DNA of 64,000 nucleotides from Chlamydiales bacterium (GCA_965206695.1 CBDBKM010000010.1:64001-128000); one strand, 5' to 3'; positions 11,701-20,758 are shown, counted from the first letter of the stretch. The notes: generated from the sequence alone by a model not told the origin. Numbers and translations: made by a program.

Positions 11701-13603
11701 GCTTGAGGGTATCCAACAAGCTGCCGTGCTTTATCATCAAGAGGACTCGACTATTCCCGGAAAACTTATTGGATTTGTTGCTTTCTTAGCATCAAATTCT
11801 TTGTCAGAGAAAGAAATAAATAGTGACCTTAAGGAAGTCCTCCCAGAGCATATGATTCCTCAAAAATTGATTGTCCTTGAGAAGCTGCCTCTGACAAGAA
11901 ACGGGAAGCTGGACTATAAATTTCTAGAAGAAAAATCTTTGCGCCTCAATTTGGAAACTTCTGATCTTAAAACGAATGGATCTACAGATTTAGAAAATAA
12001 TGAAGTCATCAAAAAACTCTCAGAAATTTGGCAGAAAGTTCTAAAAATAGAGAAGGTTTATCCTCGTGATAATTTTTTTGAATTAGGAGGAGATTCTATT
12101 TTAGCGATTCAGGTGGTAGCAAATGCGCAGGCTCAGGGGCTAAACCTTAATGTGCAAGATATTATGAAAAAACAAACTGTTCGAAGTATTTCGACCACTT
12201 TATCCCTTAAGTGCGCAGCGCCAATTAATCAAGAAAAAACGCTAGGTGCCTTTCCATTAACTCCAATTCAAGCTTGGTTTTTCACTTTTGCAAAAAAAGA
12301 CATTTCGCACTTCAATCAAGCCATTTTACTTACCTTAAAAGAACCTGTTAAGCCGGTATATTTGAAAAAAACAATCCATTACCTGCTCGATTTACATGAT
12401 ATGCTAAGAACTAAATTCTATATTCAAAATTCGAATTGGGTTCAAGAGTGCTTAGAAGATGCTAATCCCATCATTGATTTTCATGACCTTTCCCGGTATG
12501 AAAAGAAGGATTTAAATGAAAAACTTGCCCAGGTAAAGAATAGTGCTCAAAAAAGTTTAGCAATTGAGCTGGGAGCTCTTTTGAATATTCAACACTTGAA
12601 ACTGCCTGAAGGAAAGGAGCAACTTCTTTTTATTTGTCATCATCTAGTCATAGATGGTGTTTCCTGGCGCTTCTTCTTAGAGGATTTTTGTAATATTTAT
12701 AGACAGGTCTCAACTGAAGCTGAGATTGTTCTACCCTTTAAAACAAATTCCTATAAGAGCTATGCAAATGAAATTCAATCTATAATCAATCAACCTCTTG
12801 TACTTGATTACTGGAAAAATCAAGTTGCCCCTATGTATTACCTTCCTGTAGATTTTGGTAATCCAGACCGGGTTATTAAAAAGTTAGATAAATACAGAAC
12901 TATTTTAGAAGAGAAAGTTACTTATAAACTTTTTACACTTTCACAGTCCCATTATAAATGTCAGATAGAAGAGTTGCTTCTTAAAGCACTATTAGATTCG
13001 ATCTATGAAAAATGGAACATTGATTCTATTGCCATCAATTTTGAAAGTCATGGAAGAACAAGTAACCGTTTTTTAAAGAGTTACTCACGAACTTTAGGGT
13101 GGTTTACGTCTCTATACCCTGTCTTCTTAAGATCTAACTCAGGTGAGTCTATAGCTGATAATATTCAATTGATAAAAAAATCATTAAAAGCAGCTGAAAA
13201 AAACTCAATTGACTTTGCTGTTCACCAGTACTTGATGAAGAAAACTTCTCTACAAAGCTCACAAATTTGCTTTAATTTTCATGGAAAATTAGATCAGGTT
13301 TTGACAGGTCTACCTCTCTTTGAACAAGAGTATAATCCTGAAACAGGTAAAGTAGCTTCAGATCTAGTTAATCCACCTCATTTAGTTGCATTTAATATAT
13401 TCGCCCTTGGTTCTCAACTGCACATTGAGTGTGAGTATAGTAAATCGAACTATTCATCTATGACAATAGAAGCTTTCCTTAAAAATTATAAAGAGAAGTT
13501 AAAAGCGTTGACTCAGTTCAACCTGCTCTCAGAAAAGCTAAACAAAAATACATCACGTGTTTCAGCTAGTAGTTTAGAAAAAGTTTTTTCTCAATTAAAA
13601 TAA
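2741..13603 (+). CDS. Three-module NRPS: C-A(Asn)-T-C-A(Ala?)-T-C-A(Ser)-T-E
   Basis: C motifs HHISIDLWS, HHIVLDGWS, HHVIADGIS; three TSG(S/T)TG..KG A cores; T motifs GGDSV, GGHSL, GGDSI; E motifs HHLVIDGVSW, ESHGR, RTLGWFTSLYP. Hand-extracted codes DMTKIGEVGK, DIPNFCLVYK, DVWHFSLVDK. Confidence 0.95.
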   Translation: MTQENQHKYKALESQKGLWLNQKLNPNSFADNILRGIKFEGNLTSSHIEQTLDKLLELHPSLRGIFRMEEDILYQHILNKPNYCSLYDAAAWTDLEITSFAQNKQKKPFDLGEEVPFRAYLLQRKSEIVLILVIHHISIDLWSEIILSEQFLRILPSVMQDSHLELKQTSDSFEAFVRCHAEKLTQTRIDDLLNFWKPHCWQKNDPLSLPFSKKRPQVQNYEGSELVLMLSPEIYLSIKKLSSKLKISVYSFLLTVFQIVYYKYSGAKEITIGSTTAGRKHACFRKTVGYFINPIPILLSLKGQTHIEDLFEENFKKIQKYLKHSDLPFPTMVEKLEVKKEPSFHPLFQVMFNYVGKLPFWQTEREINVSKKEKIKLSPLKVTNLLAQFELVVNASVDGKALNLSWQYNTSIFSKTDIQTLMCEYKTFVHNILNQSNRSLYQLLEVNACSDTQKSSLQNCANKFDSIFDWFEASVHQNSKRVAITMEERAFSYEDLFSRVNQIAHFMKKKGIKTGSVVVLYLDLSEDTIASVLAISKLNAVYLPLDKNSPNQRLNSIVKSCDAVVLKSYKSTSPFESDVKVIHLEDIKKEQFKLERGTKQAGLNKNRIAYLIFTSGSTGTAKGVMVPNSAILNYLEWAIKTYFQSHIKTATLFGSLAFDMSLTALFAPLLAGKTLKILLSENIEDNLKQLAFDREIDLCKITPSHLEGLTEIASEAKGSSSLKSMILGGEELKTAVAEKALSSIGSKIKIYNEYGPTEATVGCMIHQFTQNENKKASVPIGIPIQNAQIYVMNEDLQIQPYDVPGELYISGEGLAWGYLRQPVETAKKFIPHPFISGKRIYKTGDLGVKRANGIIEYIGRIDSQLKIRGYRIEKREIEYVIHQVDLVKEALVLMSQGKLIAIIIAKVKNKTEFLDQVKKKVNSLLPKYMVPDHFILIDQLPLSPSGKVDQPTLKKIITEVREEKKQIPLIGSLENSLGQIWSEILKVNLGTISRNDNFFDLGGDSVKLLQTVSRIRRLGYECEYNVFFDYPTIQELASELKPRSNSFLNSPKSAYCQSPELKALNSELSKKHQQAFPLTSIQKGILFHYKSSPASLAYLEQLECTFKGDWCLDSFEKVLSALQKRHQVLDSKLLDIDTGEALTILGVGHKIPFSVSDLSCKSQAEQEHLIEQYKIADLEQGFNLYSEPPLRVSSFKLSATEIKLIWCAHHIVLDGWSLTILLKDFFSMYSTYPQKFSNDLKNGRFEYKDFIHWYMGSDKSKAVNFWNNYLKNVTSPSFVLGNSSQSPIYSFGQLSREIPMRNLVSLLKILNSNRITLNAFLQAAWGVLLAKWNLQKKVVFGTVSNFRPIDLENIENAVGLFVNTLPVRVNIKNQARLLDIVKKVQKDFLEAQPNNFISLSEIIQRKNHPPNLINHLLIFGNYPKATLEKENKDRNFSLSNFKMREQTNYDFNLYINSQEEGKNKNPCLELNFIFNKNVYSEQQINEVAGSFTTLISETDLLNKHFGELEYTAFQRARCLHLTKKTKCDPFIKPLIKIFDTKVKTIPHEVALFYNNRSYTFHYIDDMSTRLAGFFQKNGVKKGDLVALILPRSIDTVCAILAVLKSGATYLPIAPQTPKIRIEQIFMTSKCSFLLTEKLLPLSNKITQFIYDLEAWKNFSENFQPITSDLNQLLYVLFTSGSTGKPKGVMVEQKSVLSLLTHLEGKYPLKKGDAFLLKTSYTFDISCPELFSWILGSGKLIISEENDEKDPETIADVIIKYKVTHINFVPSMLHIFLEVLEPKKLQEVFHNLRYVFSCGEPLRLDTIKKFYSITQEVCLVNLYGPTEATVYATEEECDPNATVVSIGFPIKGISAHLLDDELNDVPPGVIGTLYLEGVGLARGYLNEPRLTAEEFIPSKKQYGQLMYNTGDKATFTFDGKLLFKGRNDCQVKVRGYRVEIQEIEHHLSSFEGIKVSVVKPFKNQGAMDLVAYYVPNRTIKINEISAFLNTKIPSYMTPSFFIEIESVPLTVNGKVDYKQLPDPTHVNAQLGSSINQTFQSSISKELLSLWEETLDLTSGSFDLNKSFFELGGHSLSLMSLLSKIRGQLNRKISIQDFFQNPYLAFLNEQLKCKPQYKSITSQTDQSQKNEFPLTSAQKKIFAHQNIFPDSTAYNLPGTFILKGEIAYKKLESAFRELQKRHEALRLKIKQTSEKAVVQEIQSEPLAQIVYKNVNEDCSQYCVAQLTQPFDLLDSPLLKCYLLRYNSSRALLFFDIHHVIADGISLEVMLKDFTKLYAGIDFEQPKLSYRTFLDYYASMSKATKAEGQNFWSKYLGSTLPLLNFPYDFAKNVNTSYGAKRETHEWPENFSAQITSYAKEKKVTPNILFVAACVILLQKYTGQESFLVGLPASSRDLLFGAESVVGMLVNTLYLKASISPNFKISDVIHLVKENLIEILEHKHEPVEPVLSKLNPDPSINPISFFMAYQEPDLNSLEMQGSEIERLKFNPKEAKFDLSLEVFNLGGKFELNLDYACELTSQNSADLFLKCLKKTLNALIQNDSSYLKEVKILPQNEERNIVIDFNRTEAPFSKKATLDKVLKEKIAREQNQIVVSDNKTSLSALDFEQKILKIASQMKERGVQKGAVVAIICNRSIEMLATMYAIFKLEAAYLPINPSFPVERQKMLLNQAKPSLICFSGFTLLKGSIFESRLLNLEVEVSNSIENSFNSNPKSLAYILYTSGTTGLPKGVLISHQSIVNRLEWMQAAYPLKSDDVILQKTPSTFDVSVWELFLWSFSNAKLFLLNEGDEKDPTALLKTIKSKSVTVMHFVPSMLNAFLDYLKVQPNLGMLPLRKIFVSGEALPKEVVKKFYQTISYVELINLYGPTEATVDVTHFPCSSNPAKVLIGKPIQNHQLYVLDRYMNIQPPGVPGKLYISGVGLAWGYLNEPRLTAKKFLPNPFISGCRMYDTGDVARFNSYGEIEFLGRADRQIKIRGMRIELAEIEDVMLKLEGIQQAAVLYHQEDSTIPGKLIGFVAFLASNSLSEKEINSDLKEVLPEHMIPQKLIVLEKLPLTRNGKLDYKFLEEKSLRLNLETSDLKTNGSTDLENNEVIKKLSEIWQKVLKIEKVYPRDNFFELGGDSILAIQVVANAQAQGLNLNVQDIMKKQTVRSISTTLSLKCAAPINQEKTLGAFPLTPIQAWFFTFAKKDISHFNQAILLTLKEPVKPVYLKKTIHYLLDLHDMLRTKFYIQNSNWVQECLEDANPIIDFHDLSRYEKKDLNEKLAQVKNSAQKSLAIELGALLNIQHLKLPEGKEQLLFICHHLVIDGVSWRFFLEDFCNIYRQVSTEAEIVLPFKTNSYKSYANEIQSIINQPLVLDYWKNQVAPMYYLPVDFGNPDRVIKKLDKYRTILEEKVTYKLFTLSQSHYKCQIEELLLKALLDSIYEKWNIDSIAINFESHGRTSNRFLKSYSRTLGWFTSLYPVFLRSNSGESIADNIQLIKKSLKAAEKNSIDFAVHQYLMKKTSLQSSQICFNFHGKLDQVLTGLPLFEQEYNPETGKVASDLVNPPHLVAFNIFALGSQLHIECEYSKSNYSSMTIEAFLKNYKEKLKALTQFNLLSEKLNKNTSRVSASSLEKVFSQLK

Positions 13604-13660
13604 TTATGCTAGTAAAAAAATATTTTAAACTTCTATGCTTTTTATTCTTGTAAGAAGTGT

Positions 13661-16600
13661 TTGGGTAAATCCGTGGAATGTAACTCCCCGAAAAATATTG
13701 AATCTGTCTACGAGTTAAGTCCTACCCAAGAGGGAATGTTGTTGCATTCTTTAAAAGACCATTCATTTAAAGAAGGCATTTATCATCAACAGTTTATCTG
13801 GGAATTTTCTGCGGACCTCAAGCCGGATTTATTCAGAAAAGCCTGGGACAGAGTCATACTTCAAAATGAAGTTCTACGCTCTGCTTTTTTTTGGAAAGAT
13901 TTAGAGCAGCCCTTACAAGCAGTGCTATCTGAAATAAATATAAATATTTTGTATGAAGATTTTTCTAGTGGAAGTGATTTATATCAAAATAAAAAAATTC
14001 AGAAATATTTAGAAGAAGACTTAGAGCATCCCTTTGTTCTTGAAAAGCCTCCATTGATGAGGTTTAAGCTATTCAAAAAATCAGATTCTTTATTTTTATT
14101 TATATGGAGTCACCATCATATAATTTTGGATGGATGGTCTATTGTTGTAGTGCTCAAACAATTGATTGAGGGCTATACTGCTCTTCTAAAAGGCAAGACT
14201 TCTTCTTTGAAGCTGACTACTCCACCCTACCAAACTTTTATTGATTGGATAAAAACTCAAGATGCTCTAGATGCCGAAAAATTTTGGAAATCTAGATTTT
14301 ACGCTATAGAAGAGCAAAAGCGACTAAGAGAGCTAGAGCATAACACATCTAAGCCTATTTTTCATGCTGTTGAACTAGAACTTTCTCAAAACAATCTTGC
14401 TTTTTTGCAAAGTTTTTCTAAAAAAGTATTCTGTTCGCTTGCGACATTATTTCAAGCAGCATGGGGGCTAACTTTATCTAGGTTTTCTGCTCAGTATGAT
14501 GTGGTATTTGGAATGACTACATCAGGTAGATCTGCACCTATTTCAGGTATTGATGAGATGGTTGGATTGTTTATAAATACACTTCCTGTTCGTATTCAAA
14601 TAGCTCTCAATTTGAACCTTAAAAATTGGCTTAACTCTATCCAGTCAAATGTAGTTGCTCAATCACAGTGGGAGCAAAGTTCACTGACTGACATTCATAC
14701 ATGGACTGGAGCTACTCATGGTTTTGACCTCTTTGAATCAATATTAGTATTTGAAAATTATCCAACTTTTGATGCTCCTGATGATTCCCCTGTTAAGATA
14801 AAGAGTTTTAAGGCTAATGAAACAACGAACTATCCTCTTACCTTATCAATAGAATATACGAAGGCCCAATCTCTTAGAATTGAGCTCAAATATAAAATAA
14901 ACCTATTTTCTCAAGTCTTGATAGAAGAGCTTTTAAAGTGCTTCAAAAAAATCCTCTCATTACTACCGAAAAATGAAGAACTATGCCTTGAAGAGCTAAT
15001 TGAAAAAATATCTGGTGTGCAGCCTAAAAGACAATCAATAACTAGGAAAAAGCATTTTACTAATTCAAATGTTACATTATTCGATAGGTTTGTAGAGTGT
15101 GCTACGCATAAACTTTCAGTATGCGCATTGGCCGATCAGTATGAATCTATAAGTTATGAAGAAATGCTCAAAAGGGTTAACCTACAAGCTTCAAACCTGA
15201 AGCAAATAGGCCTAAAAAGCAACGAATGTGTAGTGCTTCACATGGAGCGTTCTACACTTGTAGTCACCACTATTTTTGCAATTTGGAAGATAGGAGCTCA
15301 TTTTTGCTTTTTAGAACCCTCGTTGCCTCAAGAGAGGAAGGAATCTTTTCTTAAGCATTTGCAGCCAACTATTATTATTGAATCAGATGAATTAAAAAAA
15401 GAAGACAAGTTAGAAAAAATAGATCAAATCTATTCTATTCAAAGTACTTTTAAAGAGGATATTGAACATAATAACCTTTCCTTTAGTAGAGCTTCACCAA
15501 ATGATCTAGCCTATATCGTGTTGACTTCTGGGACTACGGGAGAACCCAAACCTGTAATGGTTGAACATCATAACCTATTTTCTATTGCTGAAGGATGGAG
15601 GAAGGTCTTTGCTCTTGATGAAATACAAGTCCACTTATTTCAAGTTGCGAGCATGAACTTTGATGTGTTCTTAGGTGATATAGCAAGAACATTCTTCAAT
15701 GGAGGCAAAATGGTAATTTGCCCCGAAAGTGTACGAGTAAATCCTCCTGAATTTTATTGTTATTTGAAAAATCAAAATATTTCAATTTTAGAGTCGACGC
15801 CCCAGCTCATTATTCCTATTTTTGAGTATATTTACCAAAATAAACTACCTCTTCCCGCAATGAAGGTAGCTTTGATGGGCTCTGATGCTTTATCTAGAAT
15901 TGACTTCAATAGAATGAAAGCTTACTTCCCTTCAATCCGCTGGTTTAATACCTATGGAATTTCAGAGGCAACAATTGATACAACTTATTTTGAAGATTTT
16001 GAAGAAGCAGGCCTAAAACAAAATGATCAACGCTTAGCCTCAAATTTTGTCCCAATTGGAAAAGCTTTTCCTAATATGAATTTTTATATTCTAGATGGGC
16101 ATTTATTGCCTTTACCACGTGGGAGTATTGGAGAAGTATATATTGCTGGAACAGGGGTTTGTAGGGGATATTTAGATAATCCTGCAGCAACAGCGCAAAA
16201 ATTCATTCCAGATCCTTTTTCAATCGGTAAACGTCTCTATAAAACAAGTGATTTAGGTCGGATTCTATTTTCTGGGGAGCTAGAATTTTTAGGGAGAATA
16301 GACCATGAGCTTAAAATACGTGGACATCGAGTAAATATTAGGGAAATAACTAATCTAGTAGAAAATTGGCCCGGGGTTACGAAGTCCATCTTGATTCCGG
16401 TAAATAATAATCAAGCAATTGGTTGTTACTACAATGAGGAATTGGCTGTAAATCAAGAACAATTACATGAGTATCTAGTCAAAAAACTACCTGCTTATAT
16501 GTTGCCTTGTTTTTATAAAAAGATCAAAAAATTTCCATTAACTTCTAATGGAAAAATAGACGTTAGATCCCTTACACAAATTAACTCTCCCAAAAACGTC

Positions 16601-16945
16601 CTCCAAGCAGAATATATTGATACGCAAAATATCAGTCCTTTGTTTTTTGAGATTTGGGAAGAGGTTTTAGGCTCTTCTTCAATAGGGCCTAATAAAAGTT
16701 TTTTTGAGCAAGGGGGGACTTCTCTTTCATTGCTCAAATTATTTAATCTCTTAGATAAAAATTTTCCTGGAAAAGCTTCAATCGCTGACCTTTTTGAACA
16801 TGATACTATTCAAAAGCAAGCTAAATTTTTTGAAAAAGAAAGCGATCAAATTAAGAGTCTTGAAGAAATATTAATAGACCTTCAGAAAGGATTAATTTCT
16901 GCTGAAGAAGCACGAAAACAAATGGAGTCATCAACGCATGAATAA
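13661..16945 (+). CDS. Single-module NRPS: C(DCL-type)-A(Orn-like)-T with C-terminal docking helix pair
   Basis: YELSPTQEGML, HHIILDGWS, TSGTTGEPK, code DVGELGTIDK, T motif GGTSL, tail LIDLQKGLISAEEA. Confidence 0.93.
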   Translation: MGKSVECNSPKNIESVYELSPTQEGMLLHSLKDHSFKEGIYHQQFIWEFSADLKPDLFRKAWDRVILQNEVLRSAFFWKDLEQPLQAVLSEININILYEDFSSGSDLYQNKKIQKYLEEDLEHPFVLEKPPLMRFKLFKKSDSLFLFIWSHHHIILDGWSIVVVLKQLIEGYTALLKGKTSSLKLTTPPYQTFIDWIKTQDALDAEKFWKSRFYAIEEQKRLRELEHNTSKPIFHAVELELSQNNLAFLQSFSKKVFCSLATLFQAAWGLTLSRFSAQYDVVFGMTTSGRSAPISGIDEMVGLFINTLPVRIQIALNLNLKNWLNSIQSNVVAQSQWEQSSLTDIHTWTGATHGFDLFESILVFENYPTFDAPDDSPVKIKSFKANETTNYPLTLSIEYTKAQSLRIELKYKINLFSQVLIEELLKCFKKILSLLPKNEELCLEELIEKISGVQPKRQSITRKKHFTNSNVTLFDRFVECATHKLSVCALADQYESISYEEMLKRVNLQASNLKQIGLKSNECVVLHMERSTLVVTTIFAIWKIGAHFCFLEPSLPQERKESFLKHLQPTIIIESDELKKEDKLEKIDQIYSIQSTFKEDIEHNNLSFSRASPNDLAYIVLTSGTTGEPKPVMVEHHNLFSIAEGWRKVFALDEIQVHLFQVASMNFDVFLGDIARTFFNGGKMVICPESVRVNPPEFYCYLKNQNISILESTPQLIIPIFEYIYQNKLPLPAMKVALMGSDALSRIDFNRMKAYFPSIRWFNTYGISEATIDTTYFEDFEEAGLKQNDQRLASNFVPIGKAFPNMNFYILDGHLLPLPRGSIGEVYIAGTGVCRGYLDNPAATAQKFIPDPFSIGKRLYKTSDLGRILFSGELEFLGRIDHELKIRGHRVNIREITNLVENWPGVTKSILIPVNNNQAIGCYYNEELAVNQEQLHEYLVKKLPAYMLPCFYKKIKKFPLTSNGKIDVRSLTQINSPKNVLQAEYIDTQNISPLFFEIWEEVLGSSSIGPNKSFFEQGGTSLSLLKLFNLLDKNFPGKASIADLFEHDTIQKQAKFFEKESDQIKSLEEILIDLQKGLISAEEARKQMESSTHE

Positions 16946-19900
16946 CGACATTAGCTCTCTACAAATGTATATTTTAAAACAGGTACAAGAGAAAAACATA
17001 TCCCATGAAGATGCAAAGAAGTACTTAAAAGTTATTTTGAATCAGGAAAATACTTCATTAGATCATGAGGAAATTGCTGTAGTTGGTGTCGCATGTGACT
17101 TTCCAAAATCAAAAAATCCAGCAGAACTTTGGAAGCTTTTGGAAAATGGAAAAGATGCATCTGGAGTTTTTCCGAAAACAAGAAAAAATGATGTAGTAAG
17201 GGTTAGTCAAGAAGCATGGGATAAGTATAGTAATTGCAAAACAAGGCCTGGTTGCTTTCTTGATTCAGTTGATACTTTTGACCACGCTTTTTTTAACCTT
17301 GCGCCATCAGAGGCTAAGTCAATGTCCCCGGAACATAGACTCTTTTTAGAAGTTTCATGGGAAGCTTTAGAAAATGCCGGATATACTCGCTCAGATTTGA
17401 AAGGTAAAAACTTTGGAACATATGTTGGTTCATCAGGAGACATGGGTTATGAGAAAATTCTCCCTGAAGGGGACCCCGAAGCAAAAATTGGAAATACACA
17501 TGCAATTTTAGCTTCAAGGATCAATTATGTATTTGGGTTAACAGGCCCTAGCTTAGTTGTAGACACAAGTTGCTCCTCTGCTCTTGTCGCACTTCACTTA
17601 GCTTGTCAGGCTATTTCTAATAAAGAATGTAAAGCTGCTCTTGTAGGAGGGGTTTCACTATCACTGCTTCCGGTTTGGAATGAACTGTCCGCTATGGGAA
17701 ACGAGTCCTCTGATGGAAAATGTAAATCATTTGATGCCTCAGCAGATGGAACAAATATTGCTGAAGGTGTGGGTGCATTGGTGATAAAACCTCTCTCTGA
17801 AGTAATTAAGGATAAAAATTACATCTACGCAGTCATAAAAGGGAGTGCAATAAATAGTGACGGTACTTCCAATGGCTTGACAGCGCCTAACCCCAAAGCT
17901 CAAACTGAAGTCATTTTAAAGGCTTGGAAGAATTCAAAAATTAATCCACTTGATTTGTCATATATTGAAGCACACGGGACTGCTACAAAGTTAGGGGATC
18001 CTATTGAAGTAAAAGGGCTTACAGATGCTTTTAAAAAATTTACTGATGAAAAGAAATTTTGCCCAATTGGTTCAATCAAAACAAACATAGGACATTTAGA
18101 TGCAGCTGCAGGAATTGCAGGAGTTTTAAAATTAATTCTCTCCATGCAGCATAAGCAACTACCTGCTTCATTACATTTCAAAGAGGCTAACCCTTTAATT
18201 GATTTTGAAAACTCTTCTGTTTTTGTGAACAATCAATTAAATCCTATATCAAATAAGCCTTTCTTAGCAGGTATAAGTTCTTTCGGTATTAGTGGGACGA
18301 ATGCTCACTTAGTACTAAGTAGCTGCGAAGATAAGGCAGAGAAAAGGAAAAGATCAAGCCTACAACTATTCTGCCTTTCAGCAAGAAGTCAAAATTCACT
18401 TCAAACTTTAGTGGGACGCTATATAGATAATTTATCATCTAAAACATTCAATTGCCTTGCAACTTTATGCTATTCAGCAGCAATAACAAGAGAGCATTAT
18501 GAATTTAGGACGGCCTTTATAGTTGAAACTCTTGAAGATCTTTTAGAACAACTTAAATTTTATCTGGAACCTGTTAAGGTTCAAAAGATTGACAAATCTA
18601 GCGTAGAGAAAAGTAGCTCACCAACAGATCCTTCAAATGTTAAATTAAAACAATATCAATGTGCGTATTTAAGTGGAAAAAATCTGAATCATAAGAGCTT
18701 TTATAATGAGAATGATTTACAATTTGTTCCACTACCCCCAACACCATTCGAAAGTGTGCGCCATTGGCCTGCTCTAAAGATTGAACAGGAAAGTGAACCA
18801 AGGTTTGATCCGAATGAACTTCTTTTTGATTTGAACTGGATTCCTAAAAAAATAGATTTAGCTGCTGAACGAATTGCAAGCTTTGAAAAGGATGACTTTT
18901 GCCTTATTTATAATATCAAACATCCTCTTGGGAACCTTTTATCAAATCGACTGAGAGAAGAGGGGATGAACGTCATTTCAATCTATGTGGGTGACAAATA
19001 TGAGTACAAGCTTTCGGATGAGAGTACGTTTTATCTCAAACCAACAGAGCTTGAGCATTATGAGAGGCTTTTTAATGACATAGGAAGTACAAAACTCATG
19101 AAAGTGCGCAAAGTTTTTCATCTTTGGAATTTATTGGAATCCAAAAAGACCATGAATTCATTAGATTTAGTGACAAATTCACCTTATGAAGGAGCAATTA
19201 GTCTTTTCTGTTTAGCAAAGCTAGTTTGCAAGCATCAAATGGACCACAATATGCAACTTAATGTCATTACTTCTAAAGCTCATAAGGTTACTGACAGTGA
19301 CAGAGAAGTATATCCAACACGCTCAGTGCTCGTAGGATTAAATAAAGTAATTACTCAAGAATTACCTAAAATTGCCACTTATACAATAGATTTAGATTTT
19401 GAAGTTGATACTCCAGAAATTCAACTATCCCAAATATTCTCAGAGCTGGAAGTCTCTACCAAGTTCCGTGATGATCTTGTTGCATACCGTAATGAAAAGA
19501 GGTATCTGCAATATCTTTCCCCAATGCCAAAAAGTAAAACAGGCTCTTGTGAATTTATTACCAAGGAAGGAGATGTCTATTTATTTGCAGGAGGTGCAGG
19601 CTATTTAGGAGTTCAAACCTGTATTCACTTGGCTGGGCAGCAAAAAAATCTCACTTTTGTTTTAATTAATCGATCTGCAATTCCACCAAAATATGAATGG
19701 GACAAAGTTATATTGCAAGAATCCGAAACCTCTAGGTTGCATTATCAAATTAAGGGTTTTAAACAGATAGAAGAACTTGGTTCTCGTGTTATTTATAAAC
19801 AAGCGTCTGTTACAAATTATAACGAAATGTCGAGTCTTATAGAAAACATTAGAAAAGAATTTGGGCATATTGACGGAGCTTTACTGGCTATGAAGGACAT

Positions 19901-20735
19901 CTATATAAAAACCATCGAAGATATGCCCATAGATGAATATAAAGCTGCATTAGATAGCAAGCTAAGAGGAACATTAATACTAGATCAGTTAACTCGCAAA
20001 GATAACTTACACTTTTTTATTAACTTTGCATCCATATCTTCTATTATGGCTGGACCTGTTAACAGCGATTGCACCTCTGTTAATGCCTTCTTAGATACAT
20101 TTGGAGACTGGAGAAATCAATTTTGTAATAATACGTTTACCCTAAATCTTACAGAGATCTTAACAGAAGATAAAAGGGGGACAGAACAAAAAATTACGAT
20201 GCTTCCGCCTATTCCATATGAAGCTTTCTTATCTGGGATTGATCAAATTCTTAAACGAGGATTAGCTTATGCTGTACTTGCTGAATTTGATTATAAAATT
20301 ATGCAAATTGTCCTGCCTAAAATTAAGATTCGTTTTTCAGCCGATCTGCTCGAAACAATTCAGTCAGAATCTTCGGTTCAACTATCAAATTCTAAAATTA
20401 GCCCGGATGAATTTAATAAAGAATCCGTAATAAATAAACTCTTTCAAATATGGAAGGAAGTCCTAGGATATGACCAAGTGACTCTAGAGACAGACTTTTT
20501 TGATACAGGAGGCACTTCAATTACAGCTCTGAAATTTTTAAGACTAATTGAGGCAAGCTTTGGAGTTAAATTTGAAGTAGACGACCTCTATACTTGCTCA
20601 ACTGTTGATCAGATGTATGAACGAATTAATGAGTTATACCATGAAGAGACAAAAGACGATTTAATGGAGTTGCTTGATAACTTAGAGAAAGAAACTGTTT
20701 CTCTAGAAGAAGCTTCAAGTGAATTGTCAAGATAA
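16938..20735 (+). CDS. AT-less type I PKS module: KS-KR(probably inactive)-ACP
   Basis: KS triad DTSCSS/EAHGT/NIGHL; AT-flanking linkers but no GHSxG AT domain; KR Rossmann GGAGYLG; ACP GGTS. Confidence 0.92.
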   Translation: MNNDISSLQMYILKQVQEKNISHEDAKKYLKVILNQENTSLDHEEIAVVGVACDFPKSKNPAELWKLLENGKDASGVFPKTRKNDVVRVSQEAWDKYSNCKTRPGCFLDSVDTFDHAFFNLAPSEAKSMSPEHRLFLEVSWEALENAGYTRSDLKGKNFGTYVGSSGDMGYEKILPEGDPEAKIGNTHAILASRINYVFGLTGPSLVVDTSCSSALVALHLACQAISNKECKAALVGGVSLSLLPVWNELSAMGNESSDGKCKSFDASADGTNIAEGVGALVIKPLSEVIKDKNYIYAVIKGSAINSDGTSNGLTAPNPKAQTEVILKAWKNSKINPLDLSYIEAHGTATKLGDPIEVKGLTDAFKKFTDEKKFCPIGSIKTNIGHLDAAAGIAGVLKLILSMQHKQLPASLHFKEANPLIDFENSSVFVNNQLNPISNKPFLAGISSFGISGTNAHLVLSSCEDKAEKRKRSSLQLFCLSARSQNSLQTLVGRYIDNLSSKTFNCLATLCYSAAITREHYEFRTAFIVETLEDLLEQLKFYLEPVKVQKIDKSSVEKSSSPTDPSNVKLKQYQCAYLSGKNLNHKSFYNENDLQFVPLPPTPFESVRHWPALKIEQESEPRFDPNELLFDLNWIPKKIDLAAERIASFEKDDFCLIYNIKHPLGNLLSNRLREEGMNVISIYVGDKYEYKLSDESTFYLKPTELEHYERLFNDIGSTKLMKVRKVFHLWNLLESKKTMNSLDLVTNSPYEGAISLFCLAKLVCKHQMDHNMQLNVITSKAHKVTDSDREVYPTRSVLVGLNKVITQELPKIATYTIDLDFEVDTPEIQLSQIFSELEVSTKFRDDLVAYRNEKRYLQYLSPMPKSKTGSCEFITKEGDVYLFAGGAGYLGVQTCIHLAGQQKNLTFVLINRSAIPPKYEWDKVILQESETSRLHYQIKGFKQIEELGSRVIYKQASVTNYNEMSSLIENIRKEFGHIDGALLAMKDIYIKTIEDMPIDEYKAALDSKLRGTLILDQLTRKDNLHFFINFASISSIMAGPVNSDCTSVNAFLDTFGDWRNQFCNNTFTLNLTEILTEDKRGTEQKITMLPPIPYEAFLSGIDQILKRGLAYAVLAEFDYKIMQIVLPKIKIRFSADLLETIQSESSVQLSNSKISPDEFNKESVINKLFQIWKEVLGYDQVTLETDFFDTGGTSITALKFLRLIEASFGVKFEVDDLYTCSTVDQMYERINELYHEETKDDLMELLDNLEKETVSLEEASSELSR

Positions 20736-20758
20736 TAGCAAACCTCGGGATCACTAAA

